A model generated the notes under the pieces. That model was given only the letters and a program-made list of their open reading frames with translations. It searched no databases and was not told where the DNA came from. A DNA stretch of 64,000 nt from Bradymonadia bacterium (GTDB taxonomy: Bacteria; Myxococcota_A; Bradymonadia; UBA7976; UBA1532): NCBI GenBank assembly GCA_046290225.1, contig JBKAGE010000079.1, forward strand, positions 192,001 to 256,000. Direction: 5' to 3'. Both the position numbers and the translations under genes were made by a program. Below are positions 1 through 10,700 of the stretch, in pieces. Position 1 is the stretch's first letter, and each line of letters begins with the position of its first letter.

Positions 1-1017
1 CGAAGGGGAGTCGAGCAGCTTCAGCACGGCGGTGTGCAGGCCCTCGGTCCGGAAGGCGCTCTGCTCGAAACGCGGTACATTGTCGAGCAGCCAGATGACG
101 AACTCGTCGACGATGCGGCTGCCCACCTCGATGAGGCGCACCACCCAGGGGGCCTCCACCTCGCGCAGGCTGGCCCGGAAGTCGGACTTCAGGGCGTCGA
201 TGGCGAAGCGGCGGGCCTGCTCGGAGTGGGCGCGCTCCAAGAGGCTGAAGAGGGGACGAGGCGAACGACGCCACAGCTCGGCGAAGGCCCGGTACTTGAG
301 CAGGGTGGACGGACGGCGCCAGTACTTGAAGCCCCGGCGGCCGTACTTGCCCTCCTCATGATAGAAGATGTGGTTCGCCACCCAGGTTTTGAGCCAGTTG
401 GTGTTCTCCGGGTAGAAGCGGAGCACGTCCACGGCGGCGTCGGCGTAGCACGCCGGCAGGGTCTGGGCGATGCGGCGGAGGGTGCGCCAGCCGCGGCGCA
501 CCATGTAGCCGATGGTGGCCTTGTGCACATCGCTGCGGCTCGACCAGCGGGCGTAAGCCACGTCGAAGCGGGCTGTGAGGGCGCCGTAGATCTCGTAATC
601 GCCCCGCTCTTCGGCCTCTTTGAAGATGACCTTCAGCGCCCGCCAGGGCCCCCAGGTGAGGGGCACCTCGGCGATGACCTCCAGCAGGCGTTGCCGGGCG
701 TAGGCCCCGTTGTCGCGCCAGAGGGTCATCAGGATCTCGTGCACCCGCAGCCGATCGGGCATGGCCTCTTCGGGGCCAGCCTCGAGCTGAGCGATGAGCG
801 CCCGGCGGCGGGCGTCGCGCTCGGCGAGCTTCTTCCGCTTGAAGGCGTAGCTTCTCAGCTCACGGTAGACCTCGTCCCAGGTGAGGGTGCCCTCTGGGGG
901 CGGGGTCTCCGGAGTGGGCGCCGGATCGCGCACGAGGCGGATCACGAGCTGAGAAAGATCGGGATCCCGAGCTTCCCAGGCCCGGCGGACGTCAACGAGT
1001 CCTAGAGTGGTCTCCAC
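1..1017 (-). CDS. Conserved hypothetical alpha-helical protein (possibly HEAT-like); 5' part only, runs off the window edge
   Basis: I translated it manually: open frame from GTG at 1017 (GAGGAG SD upstream) to base 1, METTLGLVDVRRAWEARDPDL...LTWGPWRALKVIFKEAE...WVANHIFYH..., with GC3-rich codons. It is absent from the ORF track because no stop falls inside the window. Confidence 0.8.
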   Translation of the reverse strand, partial: METTLGLVDVRRAWEARDPDLSQLVIRLVRDPAPTPETPPPEGTLTWDEVYRELRSYAFKRKKLAERDARRRALIAQLEAGPEEAMPDRLRVHEILMTLWRDNGAYARQRLLEVIAEVPLTWGPWRALKVIFKEAEERGDYEIYGALTARFDVAYARWSSRSDVHKATIGYMVRRGWRTLRRIAQTLPACYADAAVDVLRFYPENTNWLKTWVANHIFYHEEGKYGRRGFKYWRRPSTLLKYRAFAELWRRSPRPLFSLLERAHSEQARRFAIDALKSDFRASLREVEAPWVVRLIEVGSRIVDEFVIWLLDNVPRFEQSAFRTEGLHTAVLKLLDSPS

Positions 1018-1288
1018 GCAGGTCTCCTCGCAGGTTCCTCAAAGGGCTCCCCACAGCCGAGCCGTCAGCGCCCGAACATCGGGGCCGACAGATCACCTGT
1101 GAGCAGGCGAACTGTGAAATTGAGGGAGGGCGCGGGTCAGCCACAGGCCCGCGACACCTGCCGCAGGTTGTGGGGAGATGGTGAGGGGTGGGCCCATCTC
1201 CAACCTGAGGCACCTACCTCGGATGGAGATGGTCAGACCACATCAGAACAGGCAAGTCAAGCGGTCTCGGGGCGGGCTCGGGGGGGGC

Positions 1289-1325
1289 AAAAAAAGAAGG
1301 GCCTGCGGGGGGTCCGCAAGCCCTT
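1289..1325 (-). terminator. Rho-independent terminator downstream of the porin gene
   Basis: Minus strand: AAGGGCTTGCGG-loop-CCGCAGGCCCTT followed by C and T7, 23 bp after the porin stop. Confidence 0.85.
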
Positions 1326-1348
1326 GGGGTAAGCCAGAACGGGGCAGG

Positions 1349-2488
1349 TCAGTTGCTGGTGACAACCACACCGATGGTGGTGGACATCCAGGTCTTCTCC
1401 ATGTCGCCATCCTTGCCCACGAAGATCTCGTCGTCGGCGCTCTCGAAGCGCTGGTCGAGGCGGATGATCACGTGGTCGACGGCCCGGTAGTCCAGGGTGA
1501 AGGTGCCCGTGGTCAGCTGGGTGGTGTTGCCGATGTAGAGATCGTCATCCTTGAGCAGCTCACCACGCACGGCGATGCCCACCTTGTCGGTGGCCTGGTA
1601 GCCCACGGCGAGGCTGGCGCCCCAGTAGGTGCTGGACTGCAACTCGCCGGTCTCCTGGTTTCGGCCACTCTCGTCGCCGCTGATGTAGAGATCGAAGTTG
1701 CCCACGACGCTCACCTTGCCGAAGGCGGCGTTGATCACCACATCGACGAAGTGCTCGAAGTCATCCTCGCTCGAGGGCTCATCGGTGTTGCCGAAGCCGC
1801 TGCTGCCAGCGCCGCCGTAGTAACCCACCACCGCAGAAATCGCATCACTCAGCGCAAACGATGCCTGCACACCCACATGGGGGGTCTGGTTGTTATCGAT
1901 GGGGTTATTCGTGCCGTTGACCACCATGAAGGTCAGGCCGAAACTGTCAGATGCAGCGTAGTTGGCCCTGATGCCGGTGTGATAGAAGGGCTGCATCAAG
2001 TAATAGAGAGCACCACGGGTGTAGTTCAGGTTCTCCCAACTATTGGCAACCTCTGCACCATAGATGGTGTTGAACTGACCAAAGTCCAGGGACAGCTTCT
2101 TGCTCTCATATGGAACGAGGGTGACATAAGCCTGGTTGAGAACGGCCCATGTATCATTCCCGTTCTGACCAATCAGTCGAGCAGCGCCTTCGCCAAAGCG
2201 CAGGTCGAGGTGAACAGTCGCTCTCTCGTCTTTGGTCGTATAGGAAGTATCAAAGCCACCGAATGCAGTACCGAAACCATTCGCATAGTCAAATGCGCGA
2301 TGCCCAACCTGTGAGGCTGCCTGAGGGTCATTGGGCTGATTCCAGTCGAACATATAGAAACTGTCGCTGAATACGTGAAACTTGAAGCCCTCTAGGGGGT
2401 TGTCCTCGTGATGTTCAGCCTGTGCAGTTGTTGCAAGAGCAGTCATGCCAAGGATGCAGAGAAGGTTTGCCCGAATCGTCGACAACAT
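1349..2488 (-). CDS. Outer-membrane beta-barrel porin (DUF1597/BBP2-like)
   Basis: Signal peptide (MLSTIRANLLCILGMTALATTAQA), motifs QAYV..., DFGQFNTIYGAE, NLNYTRG, QPFYHTGIR, and amphipathic beta-strands. GGAGG SD before the ATG at 2488. Confidence 0.8.
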   Translation of the reverse strand: MLSTIRANLLCILGMTALATTAQAEHHEDNPLEGFKFHVFSDSFYMFDWNQPNDPQAASQVGHRAFDYANGFGTAFGGFDTSYTTKDERATVHLDLRFGEGAARLIGQNGNDTWAVLNQAYVTLVPYESKKLSLDFGQFNTIYGAEVANSWENLNYTRGALYYLMQPFYHTGIRANYAASDSFGLTFMVVNGTNNPIDNNQTPHVGVQASFALSDAISAVVGYYGGAGSSGFGNTDEPSSEDDFEHFVDVVINAAFGKVSVVGNFDLYISGDESGRNQETGELQSSTYWGASLAVGYQATDKVGIAVRGELLKDDDLYIGNTTQLTTGTFTLDYRAVDHVIIRLDQRFESADDEIFVGKDGDMEKTWMSTTIGVVVTSN

Positions 2489-2722
2489 TGCGCCTCCAGT
2501 ATGTGCCTGACCTCCCTTCGTATGTTTTTGACTCATGAATGAGCGACACGATGATTAATGTACGTGGGTGGGTCATGGCTGACATACCCTCCCCAACCTG
2601 GGTCAGCGTGTCGTTCGCACCTCGGTGCGGGCCTGCCCCCCCTGCAGGGAGTGGCGTAAGCCTCTTTCCTGTGACAACGAGTGGCCGTAAGGTGACGACC
2701 TCTCGAACAGGAGTTGCCCACC

Positions 2723-4837
2723 ATGACCGGCGCCCCGGACCGCGAGCCGTCGAGCCACTCTCACGGTTCGTCCAACTTGCTGCGTCTCTGTCTGTCCAGC
2801 CTGCCCATCCTCGCCCTGCTCCTCGGGGTGCTGGTCTACAAGACCGCCTCTGACGTTCAAGCCCGTCTGCAGGATGTCGGGGAGTCGATCTGGCCCGGCT
2901 ATGCGCTGATCCCCCTCGATCCTCAGGCACCTGCCTGCGACCCGGCGAGCTTCGTGATCCCCACAGCGCCGGTGACCCCCAAGGCTGAAGAAGGTGACGA
3001 CGATCTCCTCGACGACCTCCTGGAAGAGGACGACGAGGACGATCTCTTCGATGACGAAGAAGACGAGGCGATCTCACCGGAGGCGGTGAAGGCGGCGAAG
3101 GCGAAGTGCGAAGCTCAGCATGCAGCCTATCAGGCACAGCTCGCCAAGATCACCGACGGCCTCAAGACGTACAAAGGCGTCGAGGGGTTCTTCGAGGGTG
3201 TGGTGAAGTGGGGCACTGAGCAATTGCCCCTGAGCTTGTTGCTGTTGTTGGTGGTGTGTGGTGCCACGGCGACAGCGGTCCGTGGTCACATCGCTCTGAG
3301 GGCACCTGCCACCCGCCTCGACGATCGAGTGAGCGAGGGGGGCCAGCTCCTGGCCAATGTGCTCCTGCTCTGGTCGTGTTACGCCCGTATGGTCCTTGAA
3401 GGTGATGGTCCTGCTCGAGGCGCCTATATCATCCTCATCGCGGGCTTCGGCATGCTCGCCGCGCTCAACACGTGGCATCTGATCAGACCAGCTGAGTATC
3501 TGAAGCCGGGCGGAAACCTGCTCAAGGGCCTGCTCTCAGTGCCCCTCTATGCCACCATGGCCATCATCTCTGGTGTCTGGTTCTTCGCCATCGAAGATTA
3601 TCCCTCGGGTCTGGCGAACTATCTCACCAAGCTGATGGCCAGTGCTCAGCTGTATCTCTATGTGGGCTTCTATGTCTGGATCGGCATGTTGCTCAAGCAG
3701 ACGCGACTGGCATCACTGGTCTTCTCGATCCTGCGTCCCTGGCGGCTGCCCCCCGAGATCCTGGCCTTCGTGGTCGTGGTGGGCTCAGCGCTGCCCACGG
3801 CCTACAGCGGGGCCTCGGGTATCTTCGTCATCGCTGCAGGTGCCTTGATCTTCGACGAGCTGCGCAAGTCTGGGGCCAGCCGGTCGGTGGCCCTCGCCGC
3901 CACGGCGATGTCTGGCAGCCTCGGGGTGGTGTTGCGGCCGTGTCTGCTGGTGGTCATCGTGGCGTCGCTCAACAGTCAGGTGACGACAGATCAGCTCTAT
4001 ATGTGGGGCTTCAGGGTCTTTGGCCTCACGGCATTGATGTTCCTCGTGGTGACACTCATCAGCCGCCGCAACCCCATCTCCATCGCGCCCCCTGCCCAGG
4101 CGGCGCCAGAGAGCATGCGCCGCCTGCTGCCCCTCGTGCCGTACGCCCTCTTCGGTGTGGCGGTTCTGGCCATCTATGCTGTGGGGCTCAACACCAAGCT
4201 CAACGAGACCTCCCTGCCTTATGTGCTGCCTGTGGTGTTGCTGTGTTTGCTCGCCTACGACCGCTTCGCCGGAAAGCGTCGCCCGCTCGCTGAAGCCCCG
4301 AGCCACGAAGGCGGGTTCACCCGAGGCCTGCTCGGCGCCACCACAGAGACCACCGCTCACATCGGTGCGTTGCTGCTGTTGATGGGGCTCTCGGTGTGCC
4401 TCGGGGGCATCATCGAGCGGGCCGAGATCATGGAAGCGTTCCCCACCGATCTCGGCGGGCCCATGATCACCATGGCGTTGATGGTGGGCCTCCTGGTCCT
4501 CATCGGCATGGTGATGGATCCGTATGGCGCCGTGATCCTGGTCTCTGCTTCGATCGCCACCGTGGCCTATCGCAACGGCATCGAGCCGGTGCACTTCTGG
4601 ATGGTGGTGTTGCTGGCCTTCGAGCTGGGCTATCTGACCCCGCCAGTGGCATTGAATCATCTCCTGGCCAGACAGGTGGTGAGAGAGATCGAGGGACCAG
4701 ACGCAGAGGCTGAAGAGATTGAAGCTTTGGCTGGCGCGTCGTTTTTCCGACGTCATGAACGTGTGCTGGTGCCCATCATCGTCGTGGGGACCAGTTTGGT
4801 GCTCGTGGCCTTCGGGCCGTTGATTGTGGGCTACTAG
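2723..4837 (+). CDS. TRAP transporter large permease (DctM-like) with an extended N-terminal region
   Basis: Many TM segments. DctM-like motifs AYSGASGIFVIAAG, SGSLGVVLRP, LIGMVMDPYGAVIL and FELGYLTPPVALN. AGGAG SD before the ATG at 2723. Confidence 0.8.
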   Translation: MTGAPDREPSSHSHGSSNLLRLCLSSLPILALLLGVLVYKTASDVQARLQDVGESIWPGYALIPLDPQAPACDPASFVIPTAPVTPKAEEGDDDLLDDLLEEDDEDDLFDDEEDEAISPEAVKAAKAKCEAQHAAYQAQLAKITDGLKTYKGVEGFFEGVVKWGTEQLPLSLLLLLVVCGATATAVRGHIALRAPATRLDDRVSEGGQLLANVLLLWSCYARMVLEGDGPARGAYIILIAGFGMLAALNTWHLIRPAEYLKPGGNLLKGLLSVPLYATMAIISGVWFFAIEDYPSGLANYLTKLMASAQLYLYVGFYVWIGMLLKQTRLASLVFSILRPWRLPPEILAFVVVVGSALPTAYSGASGIFVIAAGALIFDELRKSGASRSVALAATAMSGSLGVVLRPCLLVVIVASLNSQVTTDQLYMWGFRVFGLTALMFLVVTLISRRNPISIAPPAQAAPESMRRLLPLVPYALFGVAVLAIYAVGLNTKLNETSLPYVLPVVLLCLLAYDRFAGKRRPLAEAPSHEGGFTRGLLGATTETTAHIGALLLLMGLSVCLGGIIERAEIMEAFPTDLGGPMITMALMVGLLVLIGMVMDPYGAVILVSASIATVAYRNGIEPVHFWMVVLLAFELGYLTPPVALNHLLARQVVREIEGPDAEAEEIEALAGASFFRRHERVLVPIIVVGTSLVLVAFGPLIVGY

Positions 4838-4849
4838 AGAGAGTGCTGA

Positions 4850-6265
4850 ATGCGTGTTTATGATCTCTGTGTGATCGGCAGCGGCCCAGCAGGGCAGCGG
4901 GCGGCGATCCAGGCCGCCAAGCTCGGCCGGTCGGTGTGTGTGGTGGAGAAGCGCATCCTCGGTGGGGTGGCCATCAACACAGGCACCATCCCTTCGAAGG
5001 CGTTGAGAGAGGCCATCATGGCCGAGCTGCAACGCAGCCGGGGGCTGTTCAAGCCCGGTGGCGATCTCAAAACCCGGCGCAACGACACCTTTCAGGGGTT
5101 GCTCGGGGCGTGTCAGCAGGTGATCCAGCACGAGGTCGACCTCGTGCGGACGCACTTCGGCGGCAATGGCGTGGAGCTCTTCGAGGGTGAGGCCAGCTTC
5201 GTGGACCAGCACAATGTGCTGATCAAGCGGGAGCACTCCAACGAGACCATTCAGGCCGAGAACATCCTGGTCTCCGTGGGCACTCAGCCCGCGCGGCCGC
5301 CCGATCTCGTCTTCGACGGCGAGAACGTCATCACCTCTGACCAGCTCGTGTCGCTGCCTTACATGCCGCAGTCGATGATCGTCGTGGGCGGTGGGGTGAT
5401 CGGCACCGAGTACGCTTCGATGATCAGCGCCCTCGGGGTGCGGACCACCCTCGTGGAAGGCCGCGATCGTTTGCTGGGCTTCGTGGATCGGGAGATCGTT
5501 GAGGCGTTGCAGTACCACCTGCGCGTCGGCGGTATGACGTTGCGTCTCGGCGAGCGGGTGGTGAACGTTTCGGTCATCGATCCACCCCCGGGTGCTCGCA
5601 GCTACAATGGCAAGATGGTGCAGGCCACCCTCGAGAGTGGGAAGATGCTCCGCGCCGATTGCCTGCTCTATTGTGTGGGTCGCCAGGGCGCCACGGGCAA
5701 GCTCGGCCTCGAGAACTGCAACCTCGAAGCTGATCATCGTGGTCGGCTGAAGGTGAACGACGTCTTCCAGACCGAGGTGCCTCACATCTACGCCTGTGGC
5801 GACGTCATCGGGTTCCCTGCTCTGGCGTCCACCTCCATGGAGCAGGGCCGCCTCGCGGCGTGCCACATGTTCGGCGAGCCGACACAGTCGGTGCCTGAGC
5901 TGCTGCCTTTCGGCATCTATGCTGTGCCGGAGATCTCCATGGTGGGGTGGACCGAGTCCAAGCTCACAGAGAAGGGCATCCCCTACGAGGCAGGCATCGC
6001 CCAGTATCGAGAGATCGCCCGAGGCCAGCTGCTCGGCGATGACATCGGCATGTTGAAGATGCTGATCCACCAGGAGACGCGAGAGATCCTCGGCGTGCAT
6101 TGCATCGGTACAGGTGCCACCGAGCTGGTGCACATCGGCCAGGCGGCCATCGCCTTCAAGGCCACGGTGGACTACTTCGTGAACACCGTCTTCAACTATC
6201 CCACCCTGGCTGAGTGCTACAAAGTGGCCGCCCTCAACGGCATGAACAAGCTCAGGTGTATCTGA
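4850..6265 (+). CDS. sthA: Soluble (Si-specific) NAD(P)+ transhydrogenase
   Basis: YDLCVIGSGPAGQRAA, GTIPSKALRE without a redox CxxxxC, GGGVIGTEYAS, GDVIGFPALASTSMEQGR, C-terminal VFNYPTLAECYKVAALNG. Confidence 0.93.
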   Translation: MRVYDLCVIGSGPAGQRAAIQAAKLGRSVCVVEKRILGGVAINTGTIPSKALREAIMAELQRSRGLFKPGGDLKTRRNDTFQGLLGACQQVIQHEVDLVRTHFGGNGVELFEGEASFVDQHNVLIKREHSNETIQAENILVSVGTQPARPPDLVFDGENVITSDQLVSLPYMPQSMIVVGGGVIGTEYASMISALGVRTTLVEGRDRLLGFVDREIVEALQYHLRVGGMTLRLGERVVNVSVIDPPPGARSYNGKMVQATLESGKMLRADCLLYCVGRQGATGKLGLENCNLEADHRGRLKVNDVFQTEVPHIYACGDVIGFPALASTSMEQGRLAACHMFGEPTQSVPELLPFGIYAVPEISMVGWTESKLTEKGIPYEAGIAQYREIARGQLLGDDIGMLKMLIHQETREILGVHCIGTGATELVHIGQAAIAFKATVDYFVNTVFNYPTLAECYKVAALNGMNKLRCI

Positions 6266-6330
6266 GCGTATTCGGGCGCACCCACAGCTCTATCGATTGA
6301 GACCTGTGCCAACAGGAGCTATGCCGTTGT

Positions 6331-7722
6331 CTACGCTTCGGTGATGGCTGCGAGGGGGTTGAAGGTGGCCTCGTCAGGGCTCAATGGCCGTACGATGTGT
6401 ACCTCTTGCGCAGTGCCCACTGCCTGAGTGCCCAGATCGAGGTCGATGCCTTTGGGGAGCGGGTGACCCTTGGTATCGGTGATGATTCTGATTTGAGGTC
6501 GTTGGAGTGCATCAGGCTGATGCGAGCGGGCTGTGACCACAGCCCAGGCACCACTCTGCAAGAGCACCGGGCTGCCGATGGGGATGATGCCCACCGACGA
6601 GATCAACAGTTTGAGCAGATCAGGGGCGACATCGGGCGTGCGGGACAAGTTCCGCAGGATGGACGCCGGCGTACGATCCGCAGGGGCGGGGGCATAGAGC
6701 CCGTCGATGTATTGTCGACACAAGTACAACATGCGCCCAGGCAGAGACTGCGTGTTCTCGTGGCTCGACGCCGTACCTGCACGGGCGGCTTCCAGAGCAT
6801 TCTGAGACCAGACAAGGCCCTTGGCGGTCAACCCACCTGCGCTGAGCATCACACCGGCATGCAGCGCGGGGTTCGGCGCTTCGATACGGCCCCGGGTGGC
6901 GTGCAGCAGATCGGCGCTGGTGCTGAGCATGCCCATGTGGGCCATGCAGGCGATGAGATCCCGACTCTTGGACAACCGCTCGGTCATCAAGGCCATCAAG
7001 ATGCCCGTCTGCGCAGCCCGCCAGGCGAGGCGGCCATCGAGGGGCATCAACGACCACAACGCCAGGTGGGGCCGCTCGGTGAGTGGGCGCCTGATCAAGC
7101 CGGCGATTTGATGGGTGAGCCGCGAGAGTGTCGGTGAGCGGCCGGGGATCCCCGAAACCAGAGCGTCGTGACAGGCCTCGATCTCCACCACCGTGCGGGC
7201 GAAGAGTCGGTGAAGTGTGGTGCCCTGGCCAATGCCTTGGAGAGCTTCAGCGTCTCCCACGAGTTGTACTTCGAGGTGAGGCTGGTTGAGGTTGCGGAGT
7301 AAAGAGCCGTCATCTTTGCCTTCGCTGGCGTAGATGAAAGCTTGAGCAAAGGCGACGAGGGCCTGCTCTCGAACTTCTTTGGCAAAGTTGAGGGTGCTCA
7401 CCCCCGCTTGCCTCAGAAAACCCCCCATGCGCCTCGCCACCCGCCATGTGCTCTCGTCGGCAAGGAGCAGGCGACCACACAATCGGCAGGCGCCATCGGC
7501 CGACCACGCGAAGGAAACGGGGGCCTGAAGTTGTCGTGCGAGATCAGTGAGTGTCTTCAGGGTCGCCCTGATGTGTTCGATCGTCTGCTCACGATCACCT
7601 TCGTGATTGGCGACGGCGCGGATCAGCTGGCAAATGCTGAGGAGCGTCTCCCCACCACGGGCATCGATGAGCTGCGCTTGCTCGGAAGGCGAGGGGAGGA
7701 TGGGGCTGTGCAGCAGCGTCAT
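6331..7722 (-). CDS. Hypothetical protein with a degenerate HD-GYP-like C-terminal region
   Basis: The C-terminal GIIPIGSPVLLQSGAWAVV...RPQIRII resembles the tail of HD-GYP proteins, but no HD or GYP motif is present. ATGA overlap with the upstream gene. Confidence 0.55.
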   Translation of the reverse strand: MTLLHSPILPSPSEQAQLIDARGGETLLSICQLIRAVANHEGDREQTIEHIRATLKTLTDLARQLQAPVSFAWSADGACRLCGRLLLADESTWRVARRMGGFLRQAGVSTLNFAKEVREQALVAFAQAFIYASEGKDDGSLLRNLNQPHLEVQLVGDAEALQGIGQGTTLHRLFARTVVEIEACHDALVSGIPGRSPTLSRLTHQIAGLIRRPLTERPHLALWSLMPLDGRLAWRAAQTGILMALMTERLSKSRDLIACMAHMGMLSTSADLLHATRGRIEAPNPALHAGVMLSAGGLTAKGLVWSQNALEAARAGTASSHENTQSLPGRMLYLCRQYIDGLYAPAPADRTPASILRNLSRTPDVAPDLLKLLISSVGIIPIGSPVLLQSGAWAVVTARSHQPDALQRPQIRIITDTKGHPLPKGIDLDLGTQAVGTAQEVHIVRPLSPDEATFNPLAAITEA

Positions 7723-10700
7723 AGCGCACCATCCTGCCTGCCGATGAGGCGTCGCTCGATGCGCTGAATGGCGATTTGGGCCGCTTGCCTGACCCGGTGA
7801 CTGTTCTTCCACCTCGCTTGGCCTTCTTCACGTAGGTATTTGACTGTCTCCGCATCACGGCTGATTTGCCCCAGCAACTCGGCGGCGAGCTCCCGGCTCT
7901 GCTCGTGAGCATCTGAGGACAAGAATCGTCTGCTGCGCAAAAGGTCGAGGGCCAGTGACTCAGTCCGGCCTGGATCGAGAGCGTGCAGCGTTTCGAGGCA
8001 CTGACGGCGCTCTTCTACAGGCAGCTCGTCGAACTCTGGAGTTCTGATGCGCATGACGAGGCTGGGCCCTGCATGGCGGATACGGTGTCGGGCCATGATC
8101 TTCAGGGCTGCGAGCCTGATTTGCGGATCGGGATCCTCGAGCAGGGGTCTGATCTCCACTCGGGGGCCGCTCTCCCCAGCGTTCAAGAAGCCCAACGCCT
8201 CCAGTCGGACCACTGAATGTCGATTGCTCGAGGCGCTCATCATCGCCTGACGGCCTGCCTCTGTTTCTCGGCGGCCGAGGGTTTCGACCAGCGCCAGCCC
8301 CAAAGCTGCATCTGCCGCGGGCAGCAGCTGACCGAGGAGGCTCTCCTGACCAGGAGAAACCTGCTCGAGCCACTGAAAGACAGCCCGTTGAAGCGAGGTT
8401 TCTGAGAGCTGATGTAGGTGGGGGACCAGAGGGGTCAGGTGCTCTGGCCCCAAGGCCAGGAGCAGGGTTTCGGTGTGTTCGGGGAGGCCATGCTCCGCAT
8501 GACGGTCGAGCAACCAGCGCGCCCACAGTGTCACTGAGTCTGCAGAGAGCACACCATTGATCAGCTCGCGCTGACGCTCAGGCTCTTCTTCGAAGTGAAG
8601 GAGCAGTCGGGAGAGCAGCGCAGTGATGTCTTCGGGATCCTGGAGGATCAGGATGGAGACAGAGCGCCGCAGGCTCTTGAGAAGTGTGCTCTCGTCACCG
8701 AGCGCTCTCATCTCCACAAAAGCACCAGAGATCAATGCGTCGAGTTGAGCGGTGGGTGGTTCAAGGGCCGCCAGCTGCTGCATGAAGGCCTCGACTCGAG
8801 GTGGGTCGATGTGAAGTGCTTGCACCAGCTGAACACCATGGCGCTCTGTGGTGCCGGTCTGCTCCGCAGATGGGTGCCACGCGTCGCTCAGCCCCGGCCG
8901 ATGAGGGATACACTGGGTGGTCAGGACATCGAGGCAAGCCTGGAGCATGAGTTCTTGCTGAGGGATGCCTGCATCGGAGCTGAAGGGATCAGCTTCGAGC
9001 ACGATGTGCTCAGGATCAGCAGCCCACAGCACGCACAACGGATCTCCACGCCGTTCGCCCAGAGGGTGGGCCAGGGCCTCGACGAGTGCCTCGATCTGCC
9101 CTCGATCGACACCGTGGAGCACAGCCATACGGCGGCCACCTGCATTGTGGAGCGCTCTGGGGATCTCCACCAACGTGCCTTCAGGGCGCCACAAGACGTG
9201 CTCGCCTGCGATGAACCCAAAGGGCTCTATGGTCCAGAGCATCCCCTCGGGGTGAGCATTGAGCGCCGTGGCAAGGTGCTCGCTCAGGGTGTACAGATGC
9301 TGACCTGTTTCATCATCTTCGGCGCCCTTGACCAGCCACATCGTGAGGGCCTCTTCAAGGTGCTCGAAGAAGGTGGCGAGGTCCTGAATGGTGCTGGATG
9401 TCTGCTCTTCGGGATACAGAGTGAGCTCTGGGCGCTCGGAGAAAGGACTGGGCTTCAACCCCAGGTTGGCCATGGACAGCTCGGCGGGGGTGAGCTGTCG
9501 AAGCAGAGGCGCTGGAGACTCCGGCGCCTCGACTGCGGGTTCAAAGGGCATCTCGGCCCGTGAAGCATCCGATACATCGGTGGCTTCGGCCTGAGGGGGC
9601 AGGGTAAAGAGCGCTTCGATGATCTCCTCGTCCGAGGTGATCCGTTTGGGGATCGTACCGAGTGCCTCGTCCTCAGTCTCGGGAGGTGGTGTCTCCACCA
9701 CTGCGAGGTTCAACGGCTCGTTGAGTGACTCGGTGGCCAGCAAAGCAGCGTGATCAGACGCCAGTGCTTCATCGGAAGGTGTGACGAGAGGAAGCTCTTC
9801 CACGAGAGGCGGTGGATCATGTCTCGAAGGTATGGCCGAGTTCGAGACCGCAGTGCTCAGTGTTGAAGTATCTGGTGCAGTTGTGTCTGGTGCTGCCGTG
9901 TCCGAAGGCGTCTCTGATACATAGGCCTCGTCTTCCGACTCTATCGAGGATGATGAGCGCTCTGGTTGAGCATCTGCAGGCGGAGACGTGTCCTCAGATG
10001 AGAATTGGATTGGCCCGTTGATGACAGTTGGCTCATCAGGCAGGGCCTCAGAGGGCTCTGAAATCACCTGAGGTGCCAGATCCGAAAGGTTCAGCTGCAG
10101 ACGTACGTCCATCAATGCGTGTCGCATGGACTCTGCACCCTGGAATCGATCAGCGGGAGACTGAGCCTGGGCCTTGTTGAGCAACGACATCAGAGACACG
10201 GGCAGTTGAGGTCGGGTGCGTGTATAGCCCTCACCCTCGGCCTGGGGGGTGACGGTGGCGAGCCAGAAGAGGGTGACCCCCAGTTGCCAGACATCAGTGC
10301 GGGCTTCTCCGAGAATCTGCTCGGCTCTCTGCTCTGGCGCGGTAAAGCTCGGATGCCCGGCGAGGGTGGGCTGGGAGGGCACTGAGGGCTGCCCGAAGTC
10401 GAGCACCTTGAGCTGCTCTTCTTCAGTGAGGAACAGCGACTCGGGTCTCAGGTGGCCGTGTACGATGCCTCTTCGGTGGGCATGAGACAGAACTTCCAGG
10501 GTGCGAATGCCCAGGCGGGTGAGCTCTTCTGCACCGAGCGGGCCACCTCTCAAACGTGGAAGAGCGCTCACCGGATGTCCGAGGAGAAGCTCGGTGACCA
10601 TGAAAGCTCCCAACTCGCCGACACCAGTGTCCAATACATTGAGCGTGCCGGGGTGGGTGAGCAGTGCGGCCTGCTCAGCTTCGTGTACGAGCTGCTGAGT

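Noticed and set aside
34..1005. 323-aa + strand ORF
   Set aside because: Shadow of the real minus-strand gene starting at 1017.
3785..6133. 782-aa minus-strand ORF
   Set aside because: Antisense shadow of the TRAP permease and sthA.
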